Both the position numbers and the translations under genes were made by a program. A stretch of 64,000 bases of DNA from Terracidiphilus sp. (lineage in GTDB: Bacteria; Acidobacteriota; Terriglobia; Terriglobales; Acidobacteriaceae): the NCBI GenBank assembly GCA_050012015.1, contig JBEKHZ010000003.1, forward strand, positions 332,970 through 396,969, given 5' to 3'. The notes under the pieces were generated by a model. The model was not told the origin of the DNA. It made no database searches and saw nothing but the letters and a program-made list of their open reading frames with translations. This document shows, in pieces, positions 46,551 through 55,914 of the stretch. How positions within the stretch are numbered: the stretch's first letter is position 1; each line of letters begins with the position of its first letter.

Positions 46551-46727
46551 ATGAAGAGCAGCGAGTTCAAGCGCTGGCTGAAGAAACAGGGTGCGACATT
46601 CGGTAAGTTCGAAGGCTCTCACATGAAGGTTTATTTGAATGGCCGCCAGTCCATATTGCCCATGCACCACAAGGAAATCGGCAAAGGCTTGGTTGAGGAC
46701 ATTAAAAAGCAACTTGGATTGAAGTAA
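46551..46727 (+). CDS. hicA: HicA-family mRNA interferase toxin
   Basis: MKSSEFKRWLKKQGATF...GSHMKVYLNGRQSILPMHHKEIGKGLVEDIKKQLGL is the canonical HicA pattern. Confidence 0.85.
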   Translation: MKSSEFKRWLKKQGATFGKFEGSHMKVYLNGRQSILPMHHKEIGKGLVEDIKKQLGLK

Positions 46728-46738
46728 AGGAGCGTCCT

Positions 46739-47155
46739 ATGCGAGCATATCCGGTGACACTGACCCAGGATGGAAAGTTCGTCAAGGTGAACTTCCCCGA
46801 TATTCCCGAGGCGCTCACCCAGGGCAAGGACCGTGAAGAGGCTTTGGTGATGGCAAAAGAGGCTCTTGAATTGGCGATGGAGTTCTATTTTGAAGATCGG
46901 CGTCCGGTTCCAGAACCATCGAAAGCGAAGCGCGGACAAGCGGTGATTGAGTTGTCCGCGAGTCTTTCCGCCAAGGTGCTGTTGTTGAATGAAATGCTCC
47001 GCCAAAAGGTCAGGCCGGTTGAATTGGCGCGGAGATTGCAAACCTCCCCGCAGGAGGTTAACCGGCTGACAAATATACGCCACACATCCCGTATCGACGG
47101 CATCGCCGGCGCGCTCAAGGCGCTGGGCAAGACCATGGAGATTCGGGCTGTTTAG
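46739..47155 (+). CDS. hicB: HicB-family antitoxin with C-terminal HTH
   Basis: AGGAG RBS. YPVTLTQDGKFVKVNFPDIPEALTQGKDREEALVMAKEALE (HicB fold) plus an Xre-like HTH (VRPVELARRLQTSPQEVNRL). Confidence 0.85.
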   Translation: MRAYPVTLTQDGKFVKVNFPDIPEALTQGKDREEALVMAKEALELAMEFYFEDRRPVPEPSKAKRGQAVIELSASLSAKVLLLNEMLRQKVRPVELARRLQTSPQEVNRLTNIRHTSRIDGIAGALKALGKTMEIRAV

Positions 47156-47209
47156 GCAGTACCGAGACTTGGCGGTCCTGCCCGCCTGACTTTCGTCCCC
47201 GATTCTTGT

Positions 47210-48337
47210 CTATTTTGGGGGTGGAGCGGGCGCTCCACAAGATTGTGTACTTTGATTTCCGCTCAAGTCAATACGAAATACTCGGTCATAGCTAACCCCA
47301 TACAGATATGTTCCCTCAACCGATAGCGCAACGATCTTTTTCGCATGCAATACGGGAGTCCATGTTGCGCCACCGTCTTCGGTTTTCATCAAGACATCTA
47401 CTTCATATCGTCCACTTTTAGGGCTTTTCTCAGAGGAGACTCCAAATCCTGTGCATGAATTGACGAACACCAGAGGTCCGAGCAGATTGGATAAATGTGC
47501 AACTGACGACAATGCGGTTTCTGTAATCGATCCTTCAAGGATCCATCCATTCTTCAAACTGACCACAAGCCGATCTCCGGCAATCGAAGCGGAAATTGGA
47601 TATGCTTCCTCATCATTGCCCGGAATATTCATCTCCACAAGTTTCCAAGAGAAACCGGTATTTGTCGTTGAATAAACAGCATAGGATCCCCACGCTACTC
47701 CATACGTACCGGACATCTTCAACCCATCCAAATAGCCGATCGATTTGGGCAATTGAATCGATTGCCATGTTCGTCCCTGGTTATCGCTGATAGAGATCGC
47801 AGGAATAATCATGCTGGGAGTATCGGAGGTTGAATCTTCCGCGTATTTTGGTACATCATTCATCTGATCCCTTGTGATAGAGACACTTCTTCCGCCAGCG
47901 AGAATGATTCGGCCGCTCGTTTCATCCCCGGCAATTGCTAGATATCCCTCTTTCCCATGATTGGAGGATATCCGTATTCTGGCTGAACCAGGATCTGAAT
48001 TCACGAACCAAGTTTCGTCAGAAAGCACATACATAAGACTGGAAGACACCGGCCAGGCATTATAGATTGATTGAGATTCATACTTGGCCTTTGCATACAT
48101 CTTCCAGACATTTCCTCCGTCAGTTGAGCCCAGTATCGTGTCATGGGTAACGATAATCCCTTTTTCACCGAAGATACGGAAAGCTCTTGTTGAATAGAAT
48201 TCATCAGGGGGTAAATATCCTAACCATGTAACTTTCACGGAATTATCGTGAGGAGACGTCTGCTGTAAATACTGCTCGGAGGGTTGTGAATCATGCCCCC
48301 CGATGACCAAAATAGCTGCCAAAAACAGGATCAACAT
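47210..48337 (-). CDS. exported BNR/Asp-box repeat beta-propeller protein
   Basis: Four Asp-boxes: STDGGNVW, SDNQGRTW, TTNTGFSW, TEDGGATW. N-terminal hydrophobic anchor. Visibly lower GC than its neighbours. Confidence 0.7.
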   Translation of the reverse strand: MLILFLAAILVIGGHDSQPSEQYLQQTSPHDNSVKVTWLGYLPPDEFYSTRAFRIFGEKGIIVTHDTILGSTDGGNVWKMYAKAKYESQSIYNAWPVSSSLMYVLSDETWFVNSDPGSARIRISSNHGKEGYLAIAGDETSGRIILAGGRSVSITRDQMNDVPKYAEDSTSDTPSMIIPAISISDNQGRTWQSIQLPKSIGYLDGLKMSGTYGVAWGSYAVYSTTNTGFSWKLVEMNIPGNDEEAYPISASIAGDRLVVSLKNGWILEGSITETALSSVAHLSNLLGPLVFVNSCTGFGVSSEKSPKSGRYEVDVLMKTEDGGATWTPVLHAKKIVALSVEGTYLYGVSYDRVFRIDLSGNQSTQSCGAPAPPPK

Positions 48338-48407
48338 AGCTCTAGCCTCCTTGCCGGGTGCCCCAGGTCCGGATTTTCGGACCTGGGAGGGACGGATTCC
48401 GCCCGGT

Positions 48408-48701
48408 TCATCGCAACAGCGCCGCTTCCGCCTTCTCCAGCGTCACCCCCCGCAGCAAAAAAACCTTGCTCCGCGACAATTCGCCGGCCTTCAGCTCCAC
48501 GGCATTCTTCGCCACGCCCAGGCTCTCCGCCAGAAACGCAATCAGCGCCAGGTTGGCGCGGCCTTCGAGAGGCGGAGCTTTCACGGCGATCTTCAGTTGC
48601 GCCGTTGCCCCCTCGCCATAAATTCCGGTGATAGCCGTCTTCTTCGCGCCGGGCTGCGCGCGAACCGCCAGCGTCACTCCCTCTGTGGTCGAGCGCAGCA
48701 T
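48408..48701 (-). CDS. yggU: DUF167 (YggU) family protein
   Basis: ...LAVRAQPGAKKTAITG...LKIAVKAPPLEGRANLALIAFLAESLGV is a typical YggU sequence. Confidence 0.85.
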   Translation of the reverse strand: MLRSTTEGVTLAVRAQPGAKKTAITGIYGEGATAQLKIAVKAPPLEGRANLALIAFLAESLGVAKNAVELKAGELSRSKVFLLRGVTLEKAEAALLR

Positions 48702-49429
48702 CAGGCCGTCTCCCGGTCTGCCGAGCGCGCTCCAAACAGCGCTGTTCCTATGCGAATCCTTGTTGCGCCCTCCTCGATAGCCAGCGCAAAATCCTCGCTC
48801 ATGCCCATCGAAAGCGTCTCCATAGAAATCCTTCTATGCGCCGCCGCCCAGCGATCTCTCCACTCCCGCAACCCGCGAAAGCAAGCCCGCGTCTCGGCCT
48901 CGGCCACACCCAACGGCGCAATCGTCATCAGCCCGCGCACTTCAAGATTCACGAAATCCGGCAGCCGCTCCAGCAGCTCCGCGGCTTCCGCCGACTCCGG
49001 CTCCAACCCCGTCTTGCTCTCCTCCCGGCTGAGCTTCACCTCAATTAGAACCGGCAGCCGCTTGCCCAGCTTGCCTGCCGCTACGTTCAGACGTCCGGCC
49101 AGCCGCAGCGAATCCAGCGAGTCGATCCCATCAAACACCTCCGCCGCCCGCGCCGCCTTGTTCGATTGCAGATGCCCAATGAGATGCACGCGAATCGGCT
49201 GCGCGCCCATGCGCAACAGTTCCACTTCCGCCACTTTATTCGCAAACTCCTGCACGCGATTCTCCCCAAAGAGCGTCAGCCCCAGCGCGGCAGCCTCGGC
49301 CATCGTCGCCGCCGGCCATGATTTCGTCACGACCATCAACTCCACATCGCCGCGCCCACGCCCCGCCCGCCGGCAAGCGTCAGCGATCGCCTCTTCCAGC
49401 CGTTCGAGATTTTCAGCAAGCGTCGTCAT
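48701..49429 (-). CDS. yggS: YggS-family pyridoxal-phosphate homeostasis protein
   Basis: LMVVTKSWP...GENRVQE...HLIGHLQSNKA...MGMSEDFALAIEEGATRIRIGTALFG. The start is set at MTTLAENLERL. Confidence 0.9.
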   Translation of the reverse strand: MTTLAENLERLEEAIADACRRAGRGRGDVELMVVTKSWPAATMAEAAALGLTLFGENRVQEFANKVAEVELLRMGAQPIRVHLIGHLQSNKAARAAEVFDGIDSLDSLRLAGRLNVAAGKLGKRLPVLIEVKLSREESKTGLEPESAEAAELLERLPDFVNLEVRGLMTIAPLGVAEAETRACFRGLREWRDRWAAAHRRISMETLSMGMSEDFALAIEEGATRIRIGTALFGARSADRETA

Positions 49430-49455
49430 TGTCTTGAAGAAACTCCTGCGAGCGT

Positions 49456-50133
49456 TTAGCGAGCGTCTGCCCACCGCAGGTGTTCAACCCTTCGTCTGGC
49501 CGAGAGATAGATACGCCGCACCGCAATCTCCTCGGGTAACGGCTCTCGAACCTCGCATCCAGTCACATCAAACCCATTGGCAGATACAAAAGACTGTAAC
49601 TCCTCGGGCTGAAAGTCACACCAGAATACCTGCTGGTCGCTGCCCATAGGGTCCGCGATCCATCCCTCTCTGTTTCCTTCTTTCACCACAATCAACAATA
49701 ATCCGGCTGGATGAAGAACCCGGGCAAACTCCCGGATAACTCCATTCAGGCTGAGTTTCGGCTGATAGTGCAAAGAGTAATAGGAAACCAATCCCTGAAA
49801 AGCACCGTCCGGAAAGTCCATCCGGGCCATATCCATGACTTTAAAGCGCAGCGCCGGCTGTTCCTTGCGCGCGAGTTCAATGCACTTCGAGGAGATATCC
49901 ACGCCAACTGCATCAAGCCCCGCATCGGCAAGCATGCGGGTAACATGGCCGCATGGGCCGCAACCCGCATCGCAAACACTTGCGCCCTCCTTCAGCGCTG
50001 CCGCGAAGGAGGTAATGACCTGTCTGTCAAATGGCTTACCTTGAAATTCGTCTCGGAATAGCTCCAGATAGCGATCAGCAACCGTATCCCAATACCGGGT
50101 AACCGTCGCGCGATGCTCATCCTTTTCCGGCAT
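49456..50133 (-). CDS. class I SAM-dependent methyltransferase
   Basis: VCDAGCGPCGHVTRMLA (motif I), DGAFQGLVSYYSLHY, LHPAGLLLIVV. Confidence 0.8.
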   Translation of the reverse strand: MPEKDEHRATVTRYWDTVADRYLELFRDEFQGKPFDRQVITSFAAALKEGASVCDAGCGPCGHVTRMLADAGLDAVGVDISSKCIELARKEQPALRFKVMDMARMDFPDGAFQGLVSYYSLHYQPKLSLNGVIREFARVLHPAGLLLIVVKEGNREGWIADPMGSDQQVFWCDFQPEELQSFVSANGFDVTGCEVREPLPEEIAVRRIYLSARRRVEHLRWADAR

Positions 50134-50247
50134 TCATACAGTTTAACCGGGGAGCGCTTAGCGAGCGCCTGCGCCAGCGCGGCAGCTTCGGCCATCGTCG
50201 TCGCAAAATTCATGGCGCGCAAGCGCCGTCCGCCCCATCGCAGGTGG

Positions 50248-51195
50248 TCAGTGCCCCTGCTCCTCCAGAAACTTCTCCGCCTCCAGCGCCGCCATGCACC
50301 CCGACCCCGCCGCCGTAATCGCCTGCCGGTACCGCCGGTCCTGCACATCCCCGCAGGCATAAACTCCCGGAACCACCACGCCGCCCTTCGTCACCAGCAC
50401 ATTGCCCGTCGTCCGGATGTATCCGTCGTCATCCAGATCAATCTGCCCGGCAAACATCTTCGCATTCGGCTCGTGCCCAATGCCCAGAAACAATCCGCTC
50501 ACGGCCAGCGTCGTCTGCTTTCCGGTCGTCACATCCTTCAGCCTGAGCCCCTTCACTTCCTTCTCTTCCACGCCCAGCACTTCCTCAATCACTGTGTTGG
50601 GCCGCAGCTCAATCTGCTTGTGAGCCTGCACTCGATCCAGCATGATCTTCGAAGCGCGGAAGCCCGACCGCCTGTGCAGCAGCGTCACCTTGGAGGCAAA
50701 GCGCGTCAAAAACAGCGCCTCTTCCATCGCCGAATCGCCTCCGCCCACCACTGCAATCTCCTTGCCGCGGAAGAAAAAACCGTCGCACGTGGCGCAACTC
50801 GATACCCCGTGCCCAATCAGCGCCTGCTCGCTCTTCAGCCCCAGCCAGCGTGCGCTCGCCCCCGAGGCCACAATCAGCGTCCGCGTCAGAATCTCGCCCG
50901 CAGAGGTCTGCAGCCGGATGGGATTCTCCTTCAAATCCACCGAAGCCAGGTGCGCATGCTGAAATGTCGCCCCAAACCGCGCCGCCTGCTTCTTCATGTT
51001 GTCAATCAGCTCCGGCCCCTGGATGCCCTCCGGCCAGCCCGGAAAGTTCTCCACCATGGTGGTCATCGAGAGCTGCCCGCCCGGCTCGTGCCCCTCCAGA
51101 ATCAACGGGTTAAGGCTGGCCCGGCCAGTGTAGATAGCGGCCGTGAGTCCGGCGCAGCCGGAACCCAGTATTACGGTCGATCGAATCTCTGTCAT
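50248..51195 (-). CDS. trxB: thioredoxin-disulfide reductase
   Basis: VILGSGCAGLTAAIY, CATCDG redox centre, VVGGGDSAMEEALFL, GVYACGDV. The start is set at MTEIRS. Confidence 0.9.
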   Translation of the reverse strand: MTEIRSTVILGSGCAGLTAAIYTGRASLNPLILEGHEPGGQLSMTTMVENFPGWPEGIQGPELIDNMKKQAARFGATFQHAHLASVDLKENPIRLQTSAGEILTRTLIVASGASARWLGLKSEQALIGHGVSSCATCDGFFFRGKEIAVVGGGDSAMEEALFLTRFASKVTLLHRRSGFRASKIMLDRVQAHKQIELRPNTVIEEVLGVEEKEVKGLRLKDVTTGKQTTLAVSGLFLGIGHEPNAKMFAGQIDLDDDGYIRTTGNVLVTKGGVVVPGVYACGDVQDRRYRQAITAAGSGCMAALEAEKFLEEQGH

Positions 51196-51462
51196 GTGCT
51201 TTCCCTGCTTGATTTTAGCTCTTGCTGTGGGCAGATTTTCTTTTCTTAACCTCACCCCACTGTTTCTGATGATTTTCAGGCCATTTTTGACTCTCTTCTG
51301 TCCCCATCCCAACAAACCGCGCCCAAAACCTCTTGTTACTTAAATTTTTCTAGCCAAATCTCGCCTTGCCGATGAACAAACTGTGGCAGTCTTTGAACCT
51401 GCTCAGAGTTTTCCTAAGTAGATTCCAATGCGGCCCGGCTCTTTCGCTCTGGAGCGCCGCCC

Positions 51463-54408
51463 ATGTCCAACCTCAACCATCTTCGCCGCCGCACGGCAGC
51501 CTGGCTTCTCGCCTTGCTTCTCGTCCCGGCCGCGGCGGTGGCTGGCGGGCCAAAGTACGTGGCCGGGGTCAGCTACTTCAATCCCGGAGTCGTTGGCCAG
51601 CCCCTTCACTGGGCCAACGGCCAGCTAAATTACTACGTCGATCAGGGGCCGCTGAACTCTTCCGTCTCCAACGTACAGGCCAAAGCCATGGTCGATGCCG
51701 CCGCCGCACTCTGGAGCGCCGTTCCTACCGCCGGTGTCACCCTCACCGACATGGGCTCCCTCAACGAAGACGTCAGCGGCGCCAACATCCTCGTCAGCGG
51801 TACAAACTTCACCGTGACCAACGAGCAGACCGGCCAGCTTGGCGTCATCATCGAGCCTGCCGACGTCACCCCCTCGGCCACCAGCTATCCGCTGGCAATC
51901 ATCTTCGACGCCGACGGCTCCATCATCAACGCCCTCTACGGCTCTGGCGCAAGTTCGCCCACCAGTTGCCAGAACAACGGCGTCTACCTCTGGATCGACA
52001 ACGTCAATCCCGATGCCACCATCGCCCACGCCGTCATCCTGCTCAACGGCCTCTGCGCCACCAACGCCAACCTCCTCCAGATGATGAGCTTTGAGCTGGA
52101 GCGAGCCTTTGGGCGCATTCTCGGCCTGGACTACGGGCAGGTAAACCCCGGCGCCCTCACCAACAGCGAGGTCAACGGCACTCTCGGCTGGCCGGTGATG
52201 CAGCCCCTCAGCGGCCTTTGCGGCGCATCCGGCGGAGCCTGCATCCCCAATCCCTCCGTCCTCCGCTGGGACGACATCGCCGCCCTCAACCGCCTCTACC
52301 CCATCACCGCCGGCAACCTCTCGAGCTTTCCCGGCAAGCAGCTCACCGCCGCCAACACCGTCTCCATCCAGGGAACCATCGCCTTCAAAACCGGTGCGGG
52401 AATGCAGGGTGTCAACGTCGTCGCCCGCCCGCTCGACTCCAGCGGCAATCCCCTCTACCAATACACCGTCACTGCCGTCTCCGGCGTCTCCTTCAGCGGC
52501 AATCACGGCAATCCCGTTACAGGCTTCGTCGACGCCAACAACAATCCGCTTACTATGTGGGGATCGAACGCCGCCTCCACGCAGGGCTTCTTCGATCTCA
52601 GCGATATGCCCCTGCCTCCCGGCATGACCACCGTCAACTATCAAGTCACCTTCGAGCCCATCAATCCTCTCTACATCCTCTCGAACTCCGTCGGCCCCTA
52701 TCTCGACAGTTCGCCCGAGCCTTCGGGCACGCTCGCGCCCATCTCCGTCCCATCCATGTCGGCGGGCAGTTCGCAGACCCTCACCGTCAACGTCTCCGAC
52801 TCAGCCGCAGGCGGCTATGACGACGCCATCGGAACCGAGGCCCAGCCGCGCCTTCTCCCCGCCAGTGGTCTCTGGGCCGGCCGTCTCAGCCAGGTTGGCC
52901 AGACTGACTGGTTTACCTTCCCCGTTCGTGGCGGCCGCTCCTTCACTGTGGTCACCCTCGCCCTCGACGAGACTGGCGCTCCCACCAGTGCCAAGGCTAT
53001 GCCCTCTCTTGGCGTCTGGGATGCCTTCGATCCTGTCTGCTCTAAGGCCGTCGGCTCTGAGGCCGGCCTCAACGGTCTGGCCACCGGCCAGAGCTGGCTC
53101 CAGGTCTCCGTTGCGGGCGACGACATCGTCCGCCTCGCCATCGCCGATGAGCGCGGCGACGGCCGTCCCGACTACGCCTATGAGGGCTGGGTTCTCTACG
53201 CTGACACCGTCTCGCCCCAGCGCCTCCCCGCCTCCGGTGGCCCCATCGTCATTCACGGCATGGGCTTTCGCTCCACCGACACCGTGCAGGTCGGCGGCCA
53301 ACAGGCCCTGATCACCAGCATCACGCCCAATGAGATCACCGCCATTGCCCCTGCTGTCGCCAGCGGCGTCACCGGCTCGGTCAATGTCGAGGTAGACGAC
53401 CTGCCTGTCTACTACGCCTCCACCGTCATCTCCGGCGGCATCAGTTATGATGCCGGCACGGGCGACTCGCTCACCCTGCTCACCGCGCCTACAAGCTCAG
53501 TCCCCATCGGCGTCCCTGAGCCCTTCTCCGTCCTCGCTCTCGACTCCAATCTCAACCCTGCTGGCGGCGTCTCGGTCATCTACACCGTCACCAGCGGAAC
53601 CGCCTCCCTGGGCTGCGGCCTCTCCACCTGCACCGTCACCGCCACCGGCGATGGCCGCGCCACCATCAACGTAACTGCCACCAGCAACGCATGGTCCACG
53701 GTCACCGCCTCGCTCACCAACAGCTCCTCCAGCCTCAGAACCGAGTTCTATGGCGGAACGCCGCCCTCCCTCGCCTCGCTCACGCCCACGCTCTCGCTCG
53801 CCGCAGGCTCCACCATCACCTGGACCACTCAGGCCCTGGTCCTCAACAACGGCCATCCCCTCAGCGCCCAGTCCGTCGCCTGGCAAACATCTTCCAGCGC
53901 CATTACCTTCCAATCCGGCGCGGTCACCACCAACTCCAGCGGCCTCGCTGCCAAATCCCTCACCGTCGGTCCCCTCGCCGAGGGCCAAACCGTCACCGTC
54001 ACCGCCTGCCTCAATGGAACCAACCAGTGCATCACCTTCACCGCCTTCGGCTCCCGCCCGGAGTACGCCACCCTCCAGGCCGTCTCCGGAACGTCTCAGA
54101 GCCTCTCCGTCAGCGGAACCCCCGCGCAGATCACCCTCCGCGTCCTCGACATGGACGGCAACCCCATGGCCGGCGCCACGGTCACGCTCTATCAGGCGCT
54201 CTACGCCTGGGCGCCCGCCTGCCCGCCTCATGGCCGCTGCGCCTCACCCGATTTGCTCGCCACCCAGGCCGCCACAGCCACCTCCGCCCTCGATGGCACC
54301 GTCAACTTCGCCCCCGCATCTCTCTCCGCCGTAGCCACTAATCTCCTCGCCCTGGCCGTCACCGGCAACACCGCCAGCGTCAACATCGCCGTCGAGCAGC
54401 ATCCGTAA
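51463..54408 (+). CDS. large secreted surface protein: degenerate metzincin-like N-terminal domain, IPT/TIG domain and Ig-like repeats
   Basis: Signal peptide. IPT/TIG-like PIVIHGMGFRSTDTVQVGGQQALITSITPNEITAIAP. The C-terminal half has repeated Ig-like segments (…TVTATGDGRATINVTA…, …TVTVTACLNG…). Confidence 0.75.
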   Translation: MSNLNHLRRRTAAWLLALLLVPAAAVAGGPKYVAGVSYFNPGVVGQPLHWANGQLNYYVDQGPLNSSVSNVQAKAMVDAAAALWSAVPTAGVTLTDMGSLNEDVSGANILVSGTNFTVTNEQTGQLGVIIEPADVTPSATSYPLAIIFDADGSIINALYGSGASSPTSCQNNGVYLWIDNVNPDATIAHAVILLNGLCATNANLLQMMSFELERAFGRILGLDYGQVNPGALTNSEVNGTLGWPVMQPLSGLCGASGGACIPNPSVLRWDDIAALNRLYPITAGNLSSFPGKQLTAANTVSIQGTIAFKTGAGMQGVNVVARPLDSSGNPLYQYTVTAVSGVSFSGNHGNPVTGFVDANNNPLTMWGSNAASTQGFFDLSDMPLPPGMTTVNYQVTFEPINPLYILSNSVGPYLDSSPEPSGTLAPISVPSMSAGSSQTLTVNVSDSAAGGYDDAIGTEAQPRLLPASGLWAGRLSQVGQTDWFTFPVRGGRSFTVVTLALDETGAPTSAKAMPSLGVWDAFDPVCSKAVGSEAGLNGLATGQSWLQVSVAGDDIVRLAIADERGDGRPDYAYEGWVLYADTVSPQRLPASGGPIVIHGMGFRSTDTVQVGGQQALITSITPNEITAIAPAVASGVTGSVNVEVDDLPVYYASTVISGGISYDAGTGDSLTLLTAPTSSVPIGVPEPFSVLALDSNLNPAGGVSVIYTVTSGTASLGCGLSTCTVTATGDGRATINVTATSNAWSTVTASLTNSSSSLRTEFYGGTPPSLASLTPTLSLAAGSTITWTTQALVLNNGHPLSAQSVAWQTSSSAITFQSGAVTTNSSGLAAKSLTVGPLAEGQTVTVTACLNGTNQCITFTAFGSRPEYATLQAVSGTSQSLSVSGTPAQITLRVLDMDGNPMAGATVTLYQALYAWAPACPPHGRCASPDLLATQAATATSALDGTVNFAPASLSAVATNLLALAVTGNTASVNIAVEQHP

Positions 54409-54425
54409 TCAATCGCACCATCACA

Positions 54426-55844
54426 TTGCCGTCTGTCACTTATCGTTCCTTCACGCATCTCATAATAGAGAGGCGCACCGTGGGTGAATTGACCAGACCG
54501 CTCGTACAACCACTGGCCTGCAAGCCCCGTGTGGTGATTGTCGGCGGGGGCTTTGCCGGCCTTCACGCAGCCAAGGGTCTCGCTCGCCTGCCTGTGGAGG
54601 TAACCGTGGTGGATCGCCGCAACCACCACACCTTCCAGCCGCTGCTCTACCAAGTGGCTCTGGCGGTGCTATCGCCGGCCGACATCGCCCAGCCCATCCG
54701 CTCTATTCTGCGGCGTAATAAAAATACCCAAATCCTGATGGAGGAGGTTGTGGGCATCGACACGGGAGCGCGGCGGATTGCGCTGGCCAGCGGCGCCGAG
54801 CTCCCCTACGATTACCTGGTGCTGGCCGCCGGGGTCACTCACTCCTACTTTGGCCGCGACGACTGGGCTCCGTTTGCGCCGGGACTCAAGACCATCGAGG
54901 ACGCCACTGAGATTCGCCGCCGGGTGCTGCTGGCCTTCGAGTTGGCTGAGCGTCAGATGGTCGAGTATGGCTGGCACCCGCCGCTCAATTTCGTGGTTAT
55001 CGGCGGAGGACCCACCGGCGTCGAGCTGGCTGGCGCCATCTCCGACATCGCACAGCTCTACATGCGCCACGACTTCCGCCACATCGATCCGGCTAAGTCC
55101 AGGGTATTGTTGCTGGAGGGCTCGCCGCGCATATTGGGAGCCTATCCGGAAGACCTCTCTGCAAAAGCCGAAGCAGCGCTGGACAGGCTGGGCGTTGAGG
55201 TCCACACCCACACTCGCGTAACCGGAATCGGGCCGGGCTGGGTGGAGATGGCCGGTAAACGAATCGAAGCAGCCGTCACACTATGGGCCGCCGGCGTCGA
55301 GGCTTCGCCGTTGGGCAGGTTTGTGGGCGCGCCGCTCGATCGCTGCGGCTCAGTGCTGGTGGATGACCGGCTCAATCCGCCGGGACTACCCGAAGTCTTC
55401 GTCCTGGGCGATCTGGCCCACCTGGAGCAGGACGGCCATCAGGTTCCCGGAGTCGCTCAGCCCGCAATGCAAATGGGCGACCACGTCGCCAAAATCCTCG
55501 CCGCCGACCTGGCGGGCGTGCGTCGTCCTCCCTTCCGCTACTTCGACAAAGGCGACATGGCCACCATCGGCCGCATGGACGCCGTGGCCAGGATTGCATG
55601 GCCCTTCAAGGCCCATTGGAGTGGTTTTCCCGCCTGGGCCACCTGGCTCACTGTGCATATTTTTTTCATCATCGGCTTCCGCAACCGGCTCTCGGTCTTT
55701 GCCGCCTGGATATGGACCTACTTCACCTTCACACGCGGCGCACGCCTCATCACTGGTGATCAACGGCTGCCCGGTTGGCAGGATCAGATAGACGCGGGGC
55801 CGGGCAAGGCGGCGGATGCGCTCATCTCCAAACCACTCGTGTAA
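54426..55844 (+). CDS. ndh: type II NADH:quinone oxidoreductase (NDH-2)
   Basis: VVIVGGGFAGLHAAKGL...HHTFQPLLYQVA...VVIGGGPTGVELAG...VFVLGD, plus a C-terminal membrane-association segment. The start is uncertain. Confidence 0.85.
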   Translation: MPSVTYRSFTHLIIERRTVGELTRPLVQPLACKPRVVIVGGGFAGLHAAKGLARLPVEVTVVDRRNHHTFQPLLYQVALAVLSPADIAQPIRSILRRNKNTQILMEEVVGIDTGARRIALASGAELPYDYLVLAAGVTHSYFGRDDWAPFAPGLKTIEDATEIRRRVLLAFELAERQMVEYGWHPPLNFVVIGGGPTGVELAGAISDIAQLYMRHDFRHIDPAKSRVLLLEGSPRILGAYPEDLSAKAEAALDRLGVEVHTHTRVTGIGPGWVEMAGKRIEAAVTLWAAGVEASPLGRFVGAPLDRCGSVLVDDRLNPPGLPEVFVLGDLAHLEQDGHQVPGVAQPAMQMGDHVAKILAADLAGVRRPPFRYFDKGDMATIGRMDAVARIAWPFKAHWSGFPAWATWLTVHIFFIIGFRNRLSVFAAWIWTYFTFTRGARLITGDQRLPGWQDQIDAGPGKAADALISKPLV

Positions 55845-55856
55845 ACCGGTAGTGCG

Positions 55857-55914
55857 ATGCACGACCTGGGCTTTGTCCGTACCAACCTCGAACTAGTTGA
55901 GAAGAAACTGCGCG
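55857..55914 (+). pseudogene. duplicated 5' fragment of serS (first ~19 codons)
   Basis: MHDLGFVRTNLELVEKKLR versus genuine [19 protein letters not shown]. 53/62 nt are identical between 55853-55914 and 56350-56411. Confidence 0.65.

Noticed and set aside
48303-51249. Plus-strand ORFs 48303..49649 (448 aa) and 50113..51249 (378 aa)
   Set aside because: They are antisense to yggU/yggS, the methyltransferase and trxB, all of which have clear family motifs. The translated products are Arg/Pro/Ser-rich with no domains.
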